Shown piece by piece: positions 38,732 to 48,864 of a DNA stretch of 64,000 nucleotides. Every line of letters begins with the position of its first letter. The first letter of the stretch is position 1. The stretch comes from an uncultured Bacteroidales bacterium (GTDB lineage Bacteria > Bacteroidota > Bacteroidia > Bacteroidales > JAIOZK01). Under the pieces are notes generated by a model. The model did no database searches and had not been told where the DNA came from. It saw nothing but the letters and a program-made list of their open reading frames with translations. The stretch covers positions 2,361-66,360 of the forward strand of contig CAZJYD010000003.1 of assembly GCA_964550205.1 (NCBI GenBank), written 5' to 3'. The position numbers and the translations under genes were made by a program.

Positions 38732-39581
38732 CTGAATTGAAAGGAATAACGATTTGTCCTTTGCCTTTATTATTTCTTTTTAGTGCTACATTTGTTTTTA
38801 ACATGCTTTGCAAAGAACTTTGTATTGTTTTGTATTGATCGGGTAACGGAGGTGGCTTTTTGGGCGATTTTGTCTGAATATCTTTTTTATTATAATCTCT
38901 GACCAATTTCTCCACTTCGCGCACCGACAATTCATTAGTTATAATCTGATCCAGGATATAGTTTTGTCCTTTTTCATCTTTCACATTTATCAATGCCCGG
39001 GCATGCCCCATAGTTATTTTTTCATCCTTAAGGGCTAGTTGTATTTCTGCGGGTAATTTAAGTAGTCTGAGATAATTGGTTATTGTAGTTCTGTTTTTTC
39101 CTATTTTATCGCTGAGTTTTTCATGGGTAAGTTTACATTCTTCGATAAGCCGGTTGTAGCTTATTGCAATTTCTATTGAATTAAGATCTTCACGATGTAT
39201 ATTCTCAACCAGGGCCATTTCAAGCATTTGTTCGTCGTTGGCTACTCTGATATAGCAAGGTACTTCTTCCAATCCGGCAATTTCGGCTGCTTTTAACCTT
39301 CTTTCTCCTGCTATTAGCTGGTATTTTTCATATCCCAATTTTCTCACTGTAAGAGGTTGTATGATACCCTGTTCGGAAATAGAATCAGCAAGCTCCTGTA
39401 TTGATGCTTTATCTATTTTATCTCTTGGTTGAAAAGGATTTGATGATATTATACTGATATCTATATCTGCAACGGCTCCAACAACATAGTTGCCGGAAAT
39501 ATCTTTTGAAGTAATATCTGTATCTGGGCTGGATAAGATAGCTGAGAGTCCTTTGCCGAGTGCCTTCTTTTTATTGCTCAT
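38688..39581 (-). CDS. parB: chromosome partitioning protein ParB
   Basis: IQPLTVRK, the GERRLKAA box and an HTH region. Confidence 0.9.
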   Translation of the reverse strand: MSNKKKALGKGLSAILSSPDTDITSKDISGNYVVGAVADIDISIISSNPFQPRDKIDKASIQELADSISEQGIIQPLTVRKLGYEKYQLIAGERRLKAAEIAGLEEVPCYIRVANDEQMLEMALVENIHREDLNSIEIAISYNRLIEECKLTHEKLSDKIGKNRTTITNYLRLLKLPAEIQLALKDEKITMGHARALINVKDEKGQNYILDQIITNELSVREVEKLVRDYNKKDIQTKSPKKPPPLPDQYKTIQSSLQSMLKTNVALKRNNKGKGQIVIPFNSDEEFERIINIIKEK

Positions 39582-40386
39582 TAGTTATATTTATTTGTTT
39601 ATCAGATTGATTAACGTTAGTCATATCGTTTTTTTGTAATATTTCCCTTGCGAGGTTAAGGTGATTAATTGCACCTGTACTTTCGGCATCGTGCATAATA
39701 ATTGTTTCACCGAAGCTGGGCGCTTCGCTTAGACGTGTGTTTCTGTTTATTATAGTATCAAAAACAATTTGTTGAAAATGAGTTTTAACTTCTTCCACAA
39801 CTTGTCGGGATAATCTAAGGCGCTTGTCATACATGGTTAGCAAAATACCTTCAATATCAAGATTGGGATTAAAACGGGTTTGTACTATTTTAATTGTATT
39901 TAAAAGCTTACCTAATCCTTCCAGTGCAAAGTATTCGCATTGTACAGGAATTATTACCGAATCAGTAGCAGTTAATGCATTAACAGTTATAAGGCCCAGA
40001 GAAGGAGAGCAGTCAATAATAATGAAATCATAATTTTCTTTAATCTTTTTTATCACCTTACGCATCATTTTCTCGCGGTTCGGCATATTTATAATTTCAA
40101 TTTCTGCCCCAACCAAATCTATATGGGCAGGTAAAATGTCAAGGTTTGGTGTGCTTGTATTTAAAATAATATTCTGAGGATCAATATCATCAATGACACA
40201 TTCATAAATGCTAGTCTTGATATTTTTCGGATCAAAACCCAGACCCGCAGTGGCATTGGCTTGTGGATCCGCATCAATGATTAATGTTTTATATTCAAGA
40301 ACCGCAAAACTTGCTCCCAGATTAATTGCGGTTGTGGTTTTACCTACACCACCTTTTTGATTTGCTATAGCTATTATTTTACCCAT
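39571..40386 (-). CDS. parA: chromosome partitioning ATPase ParA/Soj
   Basis: Deviant Walker A NQKGGVGKTTT and IIDCSPSLG. Confidence 0.9.
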   Translation of the reverse strand: MGKIIAIANQKGGVGKTTTAINLGASFAVLEYKTLIIDADPQANATAGLGFDPKNIKTSIYECVIDDIDPQNIILNTSTPNLDILPAHIDLVGAEIEIINMPNREKMMRKVIKKIKENYDFIIIDCSPSLGLITVNALTATDSVIIPVQCEYFALEGLGKLLNTIKIVQTRFNPNLDIEGILLTMYDKRLRLSRQVVEEVKTHFQQIVFDTIINRNTRLSEAPSFGETIIMHDAESTGAINHLNLAREILQKNDMTNVNQSDKQINITNEQ

Positions 40387-40516
40387 ACCGGTGATTTATA
40401 ATTATTTACTAAAAAAGTATGATTCCATTGATTACAAAAATAAAATAATTGAAGTAATTTTTTTTATTGTTAAATGTTAAGTTATTAACTGAGAAAGGTG
40501 TTTTGTTAATAAGTTT

Positions 40517-40548
40517 AAAAAAAAGCTGCCTTATTTACCAGACAGCTT
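40517..40548 (-). terminator. rho-independent terminator after the Pur-like gene
   Basis: Minus strand AAGCTG-TCTGGTAAATAAGG-CAGCTT followed by TTTTTTAAA. Confidence 0.5.
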
Positions 40549-40575
40549 AATTTTCAGGTTATTTTATAGATTATT

Positions 40576-41094
40576 TTATTGATTGCTTTTTTTATCTTCA
40601 AATTCTTCCTTACCAGATTTATCTTCAGGTTTTTTTTCACCAGATTTAGCTTCAGGCTTTTCCTTATCAGTTTTGCTTTCGGTCTTTACCTCTTCGGTTT
40701 CCTTCTTGGTTTCCTTGTCGAGGTCTTCAAATTCAACTTTAGATACAGGGTTTTCATGCTCTTGTTCAGCTTTTTCCGGCTTTTTGATTTTTTCTTCGGT
40801 TTGCTTTTCTTCTACCGCTTCCCCTTCAGGTGGTTTGCCATTTTGAATGAAATAGATAGTGTCTTTCATCCCATTTGTGAATTTTTCAAAATCTTCTTTG
40901 TAGAGGAACACTTTATGTTTTTCGTAGTAAAATTTCCCCTGCTCATTATTAAATCTTCTTTTGCTTTCTGTGATCGTTAAATAATACTCGCCCGATCTTG
41001 TAGATTTCACATCAAAAAAATATGTCCGCTTTCCTGCTCTTACAGTGCGCGAAAAAATCTCTTGCCTTTTCGGTTTCTTGTCAGACTCTTCCAT
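40576..41094 (-). CDS. PUR-alpha-like nucleic-acid-binding protein (DUF3276) with K/E-rich tail
   Basis: EIFSRTVRAGKRTYFFDVKSTRSGEYYLTITESKRRF... matches the bacterial Pur repeat pattern. The C-terminal 80 aa are a K/E/T low-complexity tail containing an imperfect tandem DNA duplication of about 26 nt (about 40601-40655). Confidence 0.7.
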   Translation of the reverse strand: MEESDKKPKRQEIFSRTVRAGKRTYFFDVKSTRSGEYYLTITESKRRFNNEQGKFYYEKHKVFLYKEDFEKFTNGMKDTIYFIQNGKPPEGEAVEEKQTEEKIKKPEKAEQEHENPVSKVEFEDLDKETKKETEEVKTESKTDKEKPEAKSGEKKPEDKSGKEEFEDKKSNQ

Positions 41095-41292
41095 TTTACT
41101 ATTTGTTGATTAATAATTCCTTACTACTTTATACGCAAATATATAAATATTATAAAAATTTCAAAGGAATATGCAAGGAGATTTAGCTTTTTATGCATAT
41201 TATTGGATAGGTTATATTATTTTTATTACTAATGACAAATAAATATGTTTAATGGTTGCATTTTTTTAATTAAGTAAGTAAATAATTTAGTG

Positions 41293-41300
41293 TATTTTTG
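41293..41300 (+). promoter_or_regulatory. -7 promoter box (TATTTTTG)
   Basis: TAnnTTTG match 39 nt upstream of the nusB ATG. Confidence 0.3.
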
Positions 41301-41338
41301 CATGTATATTGTTAAATCTATAAGTTCATTTACAATAG

Positions 41339-42298
41339 ATGTTAAGTAGAAGACACTTAAGAATAAAGGTGTTACAGTTGATTTATGCTTTTTGCCAGTC
41401 AGACAATGATAATCTTGATCTTGGCGAAAAACAGCTGTTAAAAAGCATCGAAAAATTATATGAACAATACATTTATATACTTACTTTCCTGACCGGCATA
41501 TTCGAATTTGCTCAAAAACGCATTGAAGAAGCCAAAAAAAAGTTTTTACCAACCGAGGATGATTTGAATCCGAATACAAAATTCATTGATAATAAATTTA
41601 TTAAGCAAATTTCTGATAATAAATCATTACAGAAGAATATTGACCGTTATAAAATTAACTGGAATGATGAAGAGGGGATGATAAGGAATATCTATCAGGA
41701 AATAAAAAATAGCAAGGAATATAGATTATATATTGAATCTGATAGTGATTCATATAATGAAGATAAAGAAATTGTTATTAAAATATTAAAAAAGTTTATT
41801 TCTGAGTATTCCAGACTTGAGTTGTATTTTGAGGACAGAAATATTTATTGGGCTTCGGATTATTTTATTGCTATATGGATGGCGATTAAAACTGTAAAAT
41901 TATTTGATGAATCATGGGATGATGATAAGCCCTTGCCCTCAGCATTAAAAAGCGGTGAATCTGAAGATAACGAGGACAAAGATTTTATTATTCTTTTGTT
42001 CAGAAAAACTATTTTAAATAGAACTGAATATGAAAAAATGATAAAGGAGCGTGCCATGAACTGGGAATTGGAAAGGATTGCCACCATGGATAAATTAATA
42101 CTTATAATAGCTATTGCAGAATTACTCGAGTTTTCTTCAATCCCTGTTAAGGTTACGCTCAATGAATACATTGAACTTGCCAAATTGTTTAGTACCCATA
42201 AAAGCAGAATATTTATTAACGGAATACTCGATAAAATAATTTCCGATCTTCAAAGAGAAAATAAAATAGTGAAAAAAGGCCGTGGCTTGATGTCTTAA
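41339..42298 (+). CDS. nusB: transcription antitermination factor NusB (long Bacteroidota form)
   Basis: N-terminal RRHLRIKVLQLIYA and C-terminal ELERIATMDKLILIIAIAELLEF...VTLNEYIELAK..S..FINGILDK, the NusB core. Confidence 0.8.
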   Translation: MLSRRHLRIKVLQLIYAFCQSDNDNLDLGEKQLLKSIEKLYEQYIYILTFLTGIFEFAQKRIEEAKKKFLPTEDDLNPNTKFIDNKFIKQISDNKSLQKNIDRYKINWNDEEGMIRNIYQEIKNSKEYRLYIESDSDSYNEDKEIVIKILKKFISEYSRLELYFEDRNIYWASDYFIAIWMAIKTVKLFDESWDDDKPLPSALKSGESEDNEDKDFIILLFRKTILNRTEYEKMIKERAMNWELERIATMDKLILIIAIAELLEFSSIPVKVTLNEYIELAKLFSTHKSRIFINGILDKIISDLQRENKIVKKGRGLMS

Positions 42299-42400
42299 TC
42301 TATTTACTTTGAATACAAGTTCCCTTATTATGATGATCATGTGCAGGAAATTGAAAATTGGATACTTGAAATGTCTGCTTTCATTAAATGTATCACGTAA

Positions 42401-42697
42401 GATGATCTTGTTTCGTTAAGTTACAGCATTTCGGTAAATGATCCTGTTATTTGTCAGCATCCCGACATCGATTTTACACAACTTCATCTGTATAATTGGA
42501 AGCATTTTTGCGAACATCAATACGAACCACCTGACATTAATGGTAAATTGATAAATAAATACCAGAATAAAGGAAAGCATAATATTGTATGGCATGCAAA
42601 CAAAAATAATAATCATTTGATCCGATCAGGTATGTACATTATTGAAATCAGAAAACCGGATAAAAAATCTTTCAGCAAAATTATTTATACTTATTAA
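42401..42697 (+). pseudogene. orphan remnant of a T9SS C-terminal sorting domain
   Basis: Hand translation gives a 98-codon open frame from the stop at 42398-42400 to the stop at 42695-42697. It ends ...DINGKLINKYQNKGKHNIVWHANKNNNHLIRSGMYIIEIRKPDKKSFSKIIYTY. The only in-frame ATG is at 42632, and nusB ends about 100 nt upstream. Confidence 0.45.
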
Positions 42698-42774
42698 TAA
42701 TTCAGTAATGGAAAAAAATGTATACTTGTTCTGATTATTATTAAACAAGATTAAATTCACAAAAACCAAATAAA

Positions 42775-43488
42775 ATGAAACAAAATTTATTATCAATTAC
42801 GGGAATTCTTTTTTTAATTTTATTATTATTTGCATGTGATTGCATGCAAGGTACAGGCCCAGTTATTTCCGAAACCAGGGAAATTAAGCCTTTCAATTCG
42901 ATTGAACTGGATATAAATGCGGAAGTGTATTTAAGCAATGACACCACGTATATAATGAAGATCGAAGCTCAGGAAAATATATTAAGTCACTTAAGAACTG
43001 AGGTTAGAGGAAACAGATTGGAAATCGATTTTGATAAAGGTTGTTTTATTGACTACAAAAAGGTGATTATTTATTTATCAACTAACAAATTAGAAGAGAT
43101 TGAGATAAACGGCTCGGGAAATATTATTGGAAAGGATGTGTTCAATACAGAAAAAATTGATATTGAAATTGATGGCTCCGGCGATGTTGATCTTCAACTG
43201 GTCTCGAACAAAGTTGGAGCGTCTATCTCGGGTTCCGGTGATATTATTCTTAAAGGAACAGCAGAAAAGTTTAGAGTTGATATTTCCGGATCAGGAAAGG
43301 TAAGGGCTGAAGAACTCACTACGTATAAAACTGATATTGATATAAGCGGATCGGGTGAATGTTATGTATATGCTCATGATTATCTCGACGTTTCTATTAA
43401 TGGAAGTGGTGATGTAAAATATTCAGGAAGCCCTGAATTAAGAACACATATAAGTGGTACGGGTACAGTAAGCAAAATGGAAAGATAA
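42775..43488 (+). CDS. DUF2807 / head GIN domain lipoprotein
   Basis: Lipobox LFAC and repeated GSGD/GSGK beta-helix units (INGSGNI, IDGSGDV, ISGSGDI, ISGSGKV, ISGSGEC, INGSGDV). Confidence 0.75.
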   Translation: MKQNLLSITGILFLILLLFACDCMQGTGPVISETREIKPFNSIELDINAEVYLSNDTTYIMKIEAQENILSHLRTEVRGNRLEIDFDKGCFIDYKKVIIYLSTNKLEEIEINGSGNIIGKDVFNTEKIDIEIDGSGDVDLQLVSNKVGASISGSGDIILKGTAEKFRVDISGSGKVRAEELTTYKTDIDISGSGECYVYAHDYLDVSINGSGDVKYSGSPELRTHISGTGTVSKMER

Positions 43489-43495
43489 TTATAGT

Positions 43496-45274
43496 TTATT
43501 CATTTAATTTTATCTTCTTCATTTCGAGAAGCATTTTCAATACGTTATCAAGCTTTTTGTTGTTAATAGGCTTTGGGATGAAATCATTCATGCCTATGTC
43601 AAGAAATTTCTGCTTATCCTCCTCAAAGGCATAGGCGGTAACTGCAACGATGGGAATATCAGGATCGTATTTTTTGGATGTGCTGCTTCTGATTACTTTT
43701 GTTGCTTCTACGCCATCCATCTCTGGCATTTGGATATCCATGAATATGACATCAAAATTCCCATTTTCCAGTTTTTTAATGGCTTTTATACCGTTTTCAG
43801 CAACTGTACATAAGTGACCTCGCTTGCTGAGTAACCTAACAATGAGTTTTTGATTAAGTAAATTATCTTCAGCTATTAAGATATTTAGAAAATCAGATTC
43901 GGATAGTGTTTCTTCTTTGGGGTTTTTGCTATAGGTTGTAGATGATGTTTCTTTTTCTATTAAAGTATTAAATGGAAGAATGAAGTAAAAATTTGATCCG
44001 GCATTAGTTTCGCTGTCCACCCAGATCTTTCCGCCAAGTTTCTCCACAAGATTTTTTGTTATTGATAAGCCTAAACCGGTACCACAGTATTCTCTTGTTT
44101 TTTCAATATGTGCCTGCGAGAATGATTCGAAAATAGAATCCATTTTTGTTGCCTCTATCCCGATACCGGTGTCTTCAACTGAAAACTGCAGTCTTATCTT
44201 ATTTGATTTTTCTTGCTGTGCCTGATTGAAATTTACCCTGATGAAACAACCTCCTTCCTCAGTAAATTTAATGGCATTTCCTACTAAATTGTATAAGATT
44301 TGTTTTAAGTGTATTTGATCAACTGTTAAGTTTACGGGAATTTTATCATTTATCTGGTAGTCAAGTTTAAGTTTTTTCTGAACAGCTTTGGGATTAAGCG
44401 ATTGAATTACTTCTTTAATTGTATCTTTTACATTGAATTTTTTTTGCACTATCAATATCTTTCCGGCCTCAATTTTTGAAAGGTCAAGTATATCATTGAT
44501 GATGTCCAAAAGATGAGTTGATGAGGATTTAATAATATCCAAATATTCTTGTTGTTCTGCATTAAGTTCTGTATCAAGGGTAAGATCGGCCATACCTATT
44601 ATATTATTCATAGGTGTTCTGATTTCATGGCTCATGCTGGATAAAAATTCGCTTTTGGCTTTATTGGCCTTTTCTGCTGCTTTTTTTGCATTAATAAGGG
44701 TTTTTTCAAGTTTCTTGCTTTCAGTTATATCCCTTGCTATCCAAACAACATAATGTTTATTGTTTTTAGTTATTTCCGTTAAACTTGTTTTTCCTTCGAA
44801 CCATTTAAAGCCTTTCCTGACTTTTAACAAGTACTCATATTTTTGCGATTTGCCAGTCTCTATGGTTTTTTTAATAACGTTCATACCGTCTTTGGCAAGA
44901 TTTACCGGAAGGATATCAATAATAATTTTACCAACAATTTCTTCAGTAGGTCTGTACAACATATCTTTATCACTGGCAAATACATTAATAAGATAACCGT
45001 CTTCGTCAAATAATATACCAAGGTCAGGCATTGCATCTGTAAATGCTTTAAGGAGTTCCTTCCTGAGTTTTGATTCTTCTTCTTTGTTATTGCTGATATC
45101 ACGACAAATAATAAATAATTTTTTAATATTAGTGTTCTTATCTGATATTATTTGAAGTGCTTCATCAGCAGATTTTGCAGTTATTATGTTAAATTCAGAG
45201 CCGGGTAGTTTTGATTCAAGGTCTTTGGTTGTTATGCCTTTTTCTTCTACAATAAGAATGGTTTTCTTATTCAT
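43496..45274 (-). CDS. hybrid sensor histidine kinase / response regulator (partial receiver-like N-terminus, PAS, HisKA, HATPase, REC)
   Basis: H-box [18 protein letters not shown] and C-terminal receiver (IAEDN...[11 protein letters not shown]...PKP). Confidence 0.9.
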   Translation of the reverse strand: MNKKTILIVEEKGITTKDLESKLPGSEFNIITAKSADEALQIISDKNTNIKKLFIICRDISNNKEEESKLRKELLKAFTDAMPDLGILFDEDGYLINVFASDKDMLYRPTEEIVGKIIIDILPVNLAKDGMNVIKKTIETGKSQKYEYLLKVRKGFKWFEGKTSLTEITKNNKHYVVWIARDITESKKLEKTLINAKKAAEKANKAKSEFLSSMSHEIRTPMNNIIGMADLTLDTELNAEQQEYLDIIKSSSTHLLDIINDILDLSKIEAGKILIVQKKFNVKDTIKEVIQSLNPKAVQKKLKLDYQINDKIPVNLTVDQIHLKQILYNLVGNAIKFTEEGGCFIRVNFNQAQQEKSNKIRLQFSVEDTGIGIEATKMDSIFESFSQAHIEKTREYCGTGLGLSITKNLVEKLGGKIWVDSETNAGSNFYFILPFNTLIEKETSSTTYSKNPKEETLSESDFLNILIAEDNLLNQKLIVRLLSKRGHLCTVAENGIKAIKKLENGNFDVIFMDIQMPEMDGVEATKVIRSSTSKKYDPDIPIVAVTAYAFEEDKQKFLDIGMNDFIPKPINNKKLDNVLKMLLEMKKIKLNE

Positions 45275-45426
45275 GTCGATTCCCTGGATATTTAAAGAAT
45301 TTTGCTAATATTGATTTTGTAAAGATACTTACTATTTCGTAAATCAAATTATATTATTAATCATAATTGAGATATTTTTTCGTTAACCTTTTTAATTGTT
45401 ATATAAATATTGAAATACGCAAAACA

Positions 45427-46491
45427 GTGAAAAATTATTTAAAGCTTTTAATCCTCTTCTTTATAATTACACAAATTATTAACAGCAAGTCATTTGCACA
45501 AATCGGTGGAGATAATACCTATGAATTTCTTAATCTTTCCAATTCTGCCCGTATTGCTTCTATGGGAAGTAATTTCTTAACAATAAAAGACGATGATATT
45601 ACATTGGCACTTGCAAATCCTTCTCTTATCAGCAATGAAATGAATAATCATTTTGCATTAAGTTTTGTCGATTATTATTCAGATATAAATTATGGTTTTG
45701 CTTCTTATTCAAAGACATTTCCCAAGATTGGTTCGTATGTTGCCACTATGCAATATATAAATTATGGAACATTTGATTGGACAGATCATACTGGTGAAAA
45801 GATAGGTGAGTTTACAGCCCAGGAAATGGCTCTGAATATTGGCTGGGGCAGGACACTCGATTCAAACTTTTCCATAGGAGCAAACTTTAAAGCCATTTAT
45901 TCTTCTTTCGAAAGTTATAGTTCATTTGGAATTGCTGTTGATGTTGCTGGAACATATTACCATCCCGGATCCAGATTTACCGCCTCGCTGATTGCAAAAA
46001 ACATAGGATTGCAGCTTTATTCCTACAATACGGGAAACAGTGAAAATCTTCCTTTCGAGATACAATTGGGTATTTCACAAAAACTTTCGCATACTCCATT
46101 CAGATATTCAATCCTGTTTACTCATCTTGAAAAATGGGACCTGACCTATCCTGATCAACGAATAGTTACTAATAATTCAGAACCTTTTGAAGATTCCGAC
46201 GATGAACAGACTGCTGTGGGTGATTTTGCTGATAAATTTATGAGGCATATTGTTATAGGTGGAGAAGTAAATATATTCAAGAATTTTTATGTCAGGGCGG
46301 GGTATAATTACAGAAGAAGGCAGGAGATGAAAGTTGAATCCAAGCTTTCAACTGTTGGTTTTTCATGGGGCTTTGGTTTCAGAATATCCAAGTTCCATTT
46401 TAGTTATGCACGTTCGGCATATCATTTGGTAGGATCTCCGAATTATATTACCATTACAACTAATCTTTCTGATTTTATTTCAAAAAAATAA
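45427..46491 (+). CDS. porQ: T9SS PorQ-like outer-membrane protein
   Basis: Signal peptide ending SFAQ, then IGGDNTYEFLNLSNSARIASMGSNFLT..DDDITLALANPSL, which I recognise as the PorQ-family N-terminus. A beta-barrel-like remainder follows. GTG 45427 is preferred over the TTG at 45367. Confidence 0.6.
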   Translation: MKNYLKLLILFFIITQIINSKSFAQIGGDNTYEFLNLSNSARIASMGSNFLTIKDDDITLALANPSLISNEMNNHFALSFVDYYSDINYGFASYSKTFPKIGSYVATMQYINYGTFDWTDHTGEKIGEFTAQEMALNIGWGRTLDSNFSIGANFKAIYSSFESYSSFGIAVDVAGTYYHPGSRFTASLIAKNIGLQLYSYNTGNSENLPFEIQLGISQKLSHTPFRYSILFTHLEKWDLTYPDQRIVTNNSEPFEDSDDEQTAVGDFADKFMRHIVIGGEVNIFKNFYVRAGYNYRRRQEMKVESKLSTVGFSWGFGFRISKFHFSYARSAYHLVGSPNYITITTNLSDFISKK

Positions 46492-46495
46492 CATT

Positions 46496-46537
46496 ACTTC
46501 ATTAGAAATAGATTAGATTGGTATTTCTAATGGAAGT
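46496..46537 (+). terminator. long hairpin downstream of porQ (possible terminator)
   Basis: ACTTCATTAGAAATA ... TATTTCTAATGGAAGT, a 15-bp stem with one bulge and an 11-nt loop. There is no strong T-run afterwards. Confidence 0.35.
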
Positions 46538-46587
46538 AAAGAACTCTGTTATTTTGGTTATTTTTACAAATTATTATCCTTTAAATC

Positions 46588-47448
46588 ATGAAAATTTCTA
46601 TTGAGAAAAGTGCGGGTTTTTGTCCGGGAGTAATAAATGCGATAAAAATAGCGGAAGAAAAAATCAGGCAGCAGGGAAAATTACTTTGCCTTGGTGATAT
46701 TGTACATAATCCTGAAGAGGTTGAACGACTCAACAGTATTGGTTTAAAAAAAATAGAACGGAAAGATTTAAATGATATACGATATTCAGAATTGTTGATT
46801 AGATCACATGGTGAACCGCCTGAAATATATAAGAGAGCAGAGAAAAATTATAACCGTATTATCGATGCAACCTGCAAGGTGGTAAAAAGCCTTCAGCATA
46901 AAGTTAGAAAGGCATATTTGGAAGTAATGGATAAAAATGGGCAGGTTGTTATATACGGAAAAAGAACACACCCTGAAGTTATTGGATTAGACGGGCAATG
47001 TGATTATAATGCAATTATAATTGAGGATCTTAAAGGAGTGGATAAAATAGATCCGGAGAAACCTATAAGGTTATTTGCACAGACAACTAAAAGCCCTCAG
47101 GTATACAGGCAAATTGCAGATAAGATATTGGGTTTAACAAAAGGAAAAAATGATGATATAAGGATTGAAGAATCGATCTGTAACTGGATGATAAACAGGA
47201 AAGATGATCTTAAGAAATTTGCAAATGATCATGAAATGATCATTTTTGTTGCAGGAAAGAAAAGTTCAAATGGTAGGTTTCTGTTTGATATTTGCCGAAA
47301 GGAAAATAAAAATTCCAGGTTCGTATCTTCACCGGATGATTTGAGAAAGGAGTGGTTTGAAGGAATTAAGGATGTGGGTATTTCAGGTGCAACATCAACA
47401 CCGATGTGGCTGATTGAAAAAATTGCAAAAAAAATCGATAAGTTTTAA
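46588..47448 (+). CDS. ispH: 4-hydroxy-3-methylbut-2-enyl diphosphate reductase
   Basis: GFCPGV (first Fe-S Cys), IVHNPEEV, a Cys in ATCKVV, and SSN in GKKSSNG. Confidence 0.9.
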   Translation: MKISIEKSAGFCPGVINAIKIAEEKIRQQGKLLCLGDIVHNPEEVERLNSIGLKKIERKDLNDIRYSELLIRSHGEPPEIYKRAEKNYNRIIDATCKVVKSLQHKVRKAYLEVMDKNGQVVIYGKRTHPEVIGLDGQCDYNAIIIEDLKGVDKIDPEKPIRLFAQTTKSPQVYRQIADKILGLTKGKNDDIRIEESICNWMINRKDDLKKFANDHEMIIFVAGKKSSNGRFLFDICRKENKNSRFVSSPDDLRKEWFEGIKDVGISGATSTPMWLIEKIAKKIDKF

Positions 47449-47449
47449 A

Positions 47450-48556
47450 ATGTATTTACGTCAACTTTCCCTTACTAATTTTAAAAATTATGATAATGCA
47501 AAGCTTGAATTTTCACCCAAGATAAATTGCGTTATAGGCGATAACGGAGTAGGGAAGACAAATTTGCTTGATGCTATATACTATCTTTCATTTTGTAAAA
47601 GTTTTTTTAATCCTATTGATACTCAAAATATAAAACACGAAAGGGATTTCTTTGCTATTCATGGTAATTATTTGAGAAACGGAGATATAAAAGATAAAGT
47701 TAGCTGTATTCAAAAACTAGGTGCGCGTAAAACTTTTAAACTTAATGATAAAAAATATGACAGACTGGCCGATCATATTGGTTTGCTGCCGCTGGTGATG
47801 AGCTCCCCCTACGATCGTGACTTAATTAACGAGGGCAGTGAAACCAGGCGAAAATATATTGACAGTGTTATTGCCCAGTTTGATAAGATTTACCTTGATG
47901 ACCTGATCAATTATAATAAAGCTTTGATGCAGAGAAACGCATTGCTTAAAAAGTTTAATGAACAGGATTATTTTGATCCTGTATCACTGGATATATGGAG
48001 TGAGCAAATGATCGATATTGGAAAAAAAATTTATAAAAAGCGTAAGAACTTCATTGAAGAGTTTATTTCTCTGTTCCAATATTATTTTGATTTTATTTCG
48101 GAGGGAAAGGAAAAAGTTGATGTTTACTATAGTTCGCAACTTCATGATAATGATTTTCAGGAATTGCTTAACAGTTCAATAGAAAAAGACCGGATTGTCA
48201 GGTATACGACTGTTGGAATTCATAAAGATGATATGGACTTTATAATAGATAAATTCCCGGTAAAGAAATTTGGTTCTCAGGGGCAACAGAAATCATTTGT
48301 AATAGCCATAAAGCTGGCACAATTTGATTATACAAAAGATATTAAGGGAATAAGACCAATATTATTATTTGATGATATTTTTGATAAATTGGATGATAAT
48401 CGTGTTGAACAATTAATTAAATTAGCAAGCGAGGATAATTTCGGACAAGTTTTTATTACTGATACTCAAAGACAAAGAATAGAAAGACTTTTAGGCAAGA
48501 TAAAGATAGATCATATAATATATAGAATATCGAATGGTGATATTATACCCGAATAA
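47450..48556 (+). CDS. recF: DNA replication and repair protein RecF
   Basis: MYLRQLSLTNFKNY, Walker A GDNGVGKTNLLDAI, signature GSQGQQKS and Walker B LLFDDIFDKLD. ATG 47450 is 1 nt after the ispH stop. Confidence 0.9.
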   Translation: MYLRQLSLTNFKNYDNAKLEFSPKINCVIGDNGVGKTNLLDAIYYLSFCKSFFNPIDTQNIKHERDFFAIHGNYLRNGDIKDKVSCIQKLGARKTFKLNDKKYDRLADHIGLLPLVMSSPYDRDLINEGSETRRKYIDSVIAQFDKIYLDDLINYNKALMQRNALLKKFNEQDYFDPVSLDIWSEQMIDIGKKIYKKRKNFIEEFISLFQYYFDFISEGKEKVDVYYSSQLHDNDFQELLNSSIEKDRIVRYTTVGIHKDDMDFIIDKFPVKKFGSQGQQKSFVIAIKLAQFDYTKDIKGIRPILLFDDIFDKLDDNRVEQLIKLASEDNFGQVFITDTQRQRIERLLGKIKIDHIIYRISNGDIIPE

Positions 48557-48573
48557 AAATTAAACAGGTTATA

Positions 48574-48864
48574 ATGCAAAACTCAAACGATGGTATTTTA
48601 AGGGATATAATAAAGGAGATGCTAACAAGCTATCATTTAGAAAGTAAACTTGATGAAACAAAAATTATGAATGCCTGGGATAAAGTTGTTGGTAAGGTTA
48701 TCTCAAAGCATACAAAAAAATTATATATAAAAAGGCAAAAACTTTTTGCAGTGATTGACTCACCTGCATTGAAAAATGAGTTGAACTATTCAAGGGAGAA
48801 AATAAAACAGCTACTAAATAAAGAAGTTGGAAAAGAGGTAATAAAGGAAATTATCTTTAATTGA
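48574..48864 (+). CDS. DUF721-domain protein
   Basis: 96 aa with W..VVG..IS.HT and an L.V.V.S.....EL pattern. Canonical position downstream of recF. Confidence 0.75.
   Translation: MQNSNDGILRDIIKEMLTSYHLESKLDETKIMNAWDKVVGKVISKHTKKLYIKRQKLFAVIDSPALKNELNYSREKIKQLLNKEVGKEVIKEIIFN

Noticed and set aside
40601-40655. Imperfect tandem duplication of about 26 nt (ACCAGATTTATCTTCAGG... / ACCAGATTTAGCTTCAGG...)
   Set aside because: It has only two copies, lies inside a CDS and encodes the repetitive K/E/S tail. It is not a CRISPR or regulatory repeat.
40579-40980. 133-aa and 87-aa F/L/S-rich + strand ORFs
   Set aside because: They are the antisense reading of the K/E-rich tail of the Pur-like gene, so they are low-complexity artefacts.
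42416-42616. 66-aa hydrophobic minus-strand ORF in the nusB / GIN-domain gap
   Set aside because: The + strand frame over the same bases carries a recognisable T9SS C-terminal-domain remnant. The minus ORF looks like its antisense shadow and has no upstream signals I can support.
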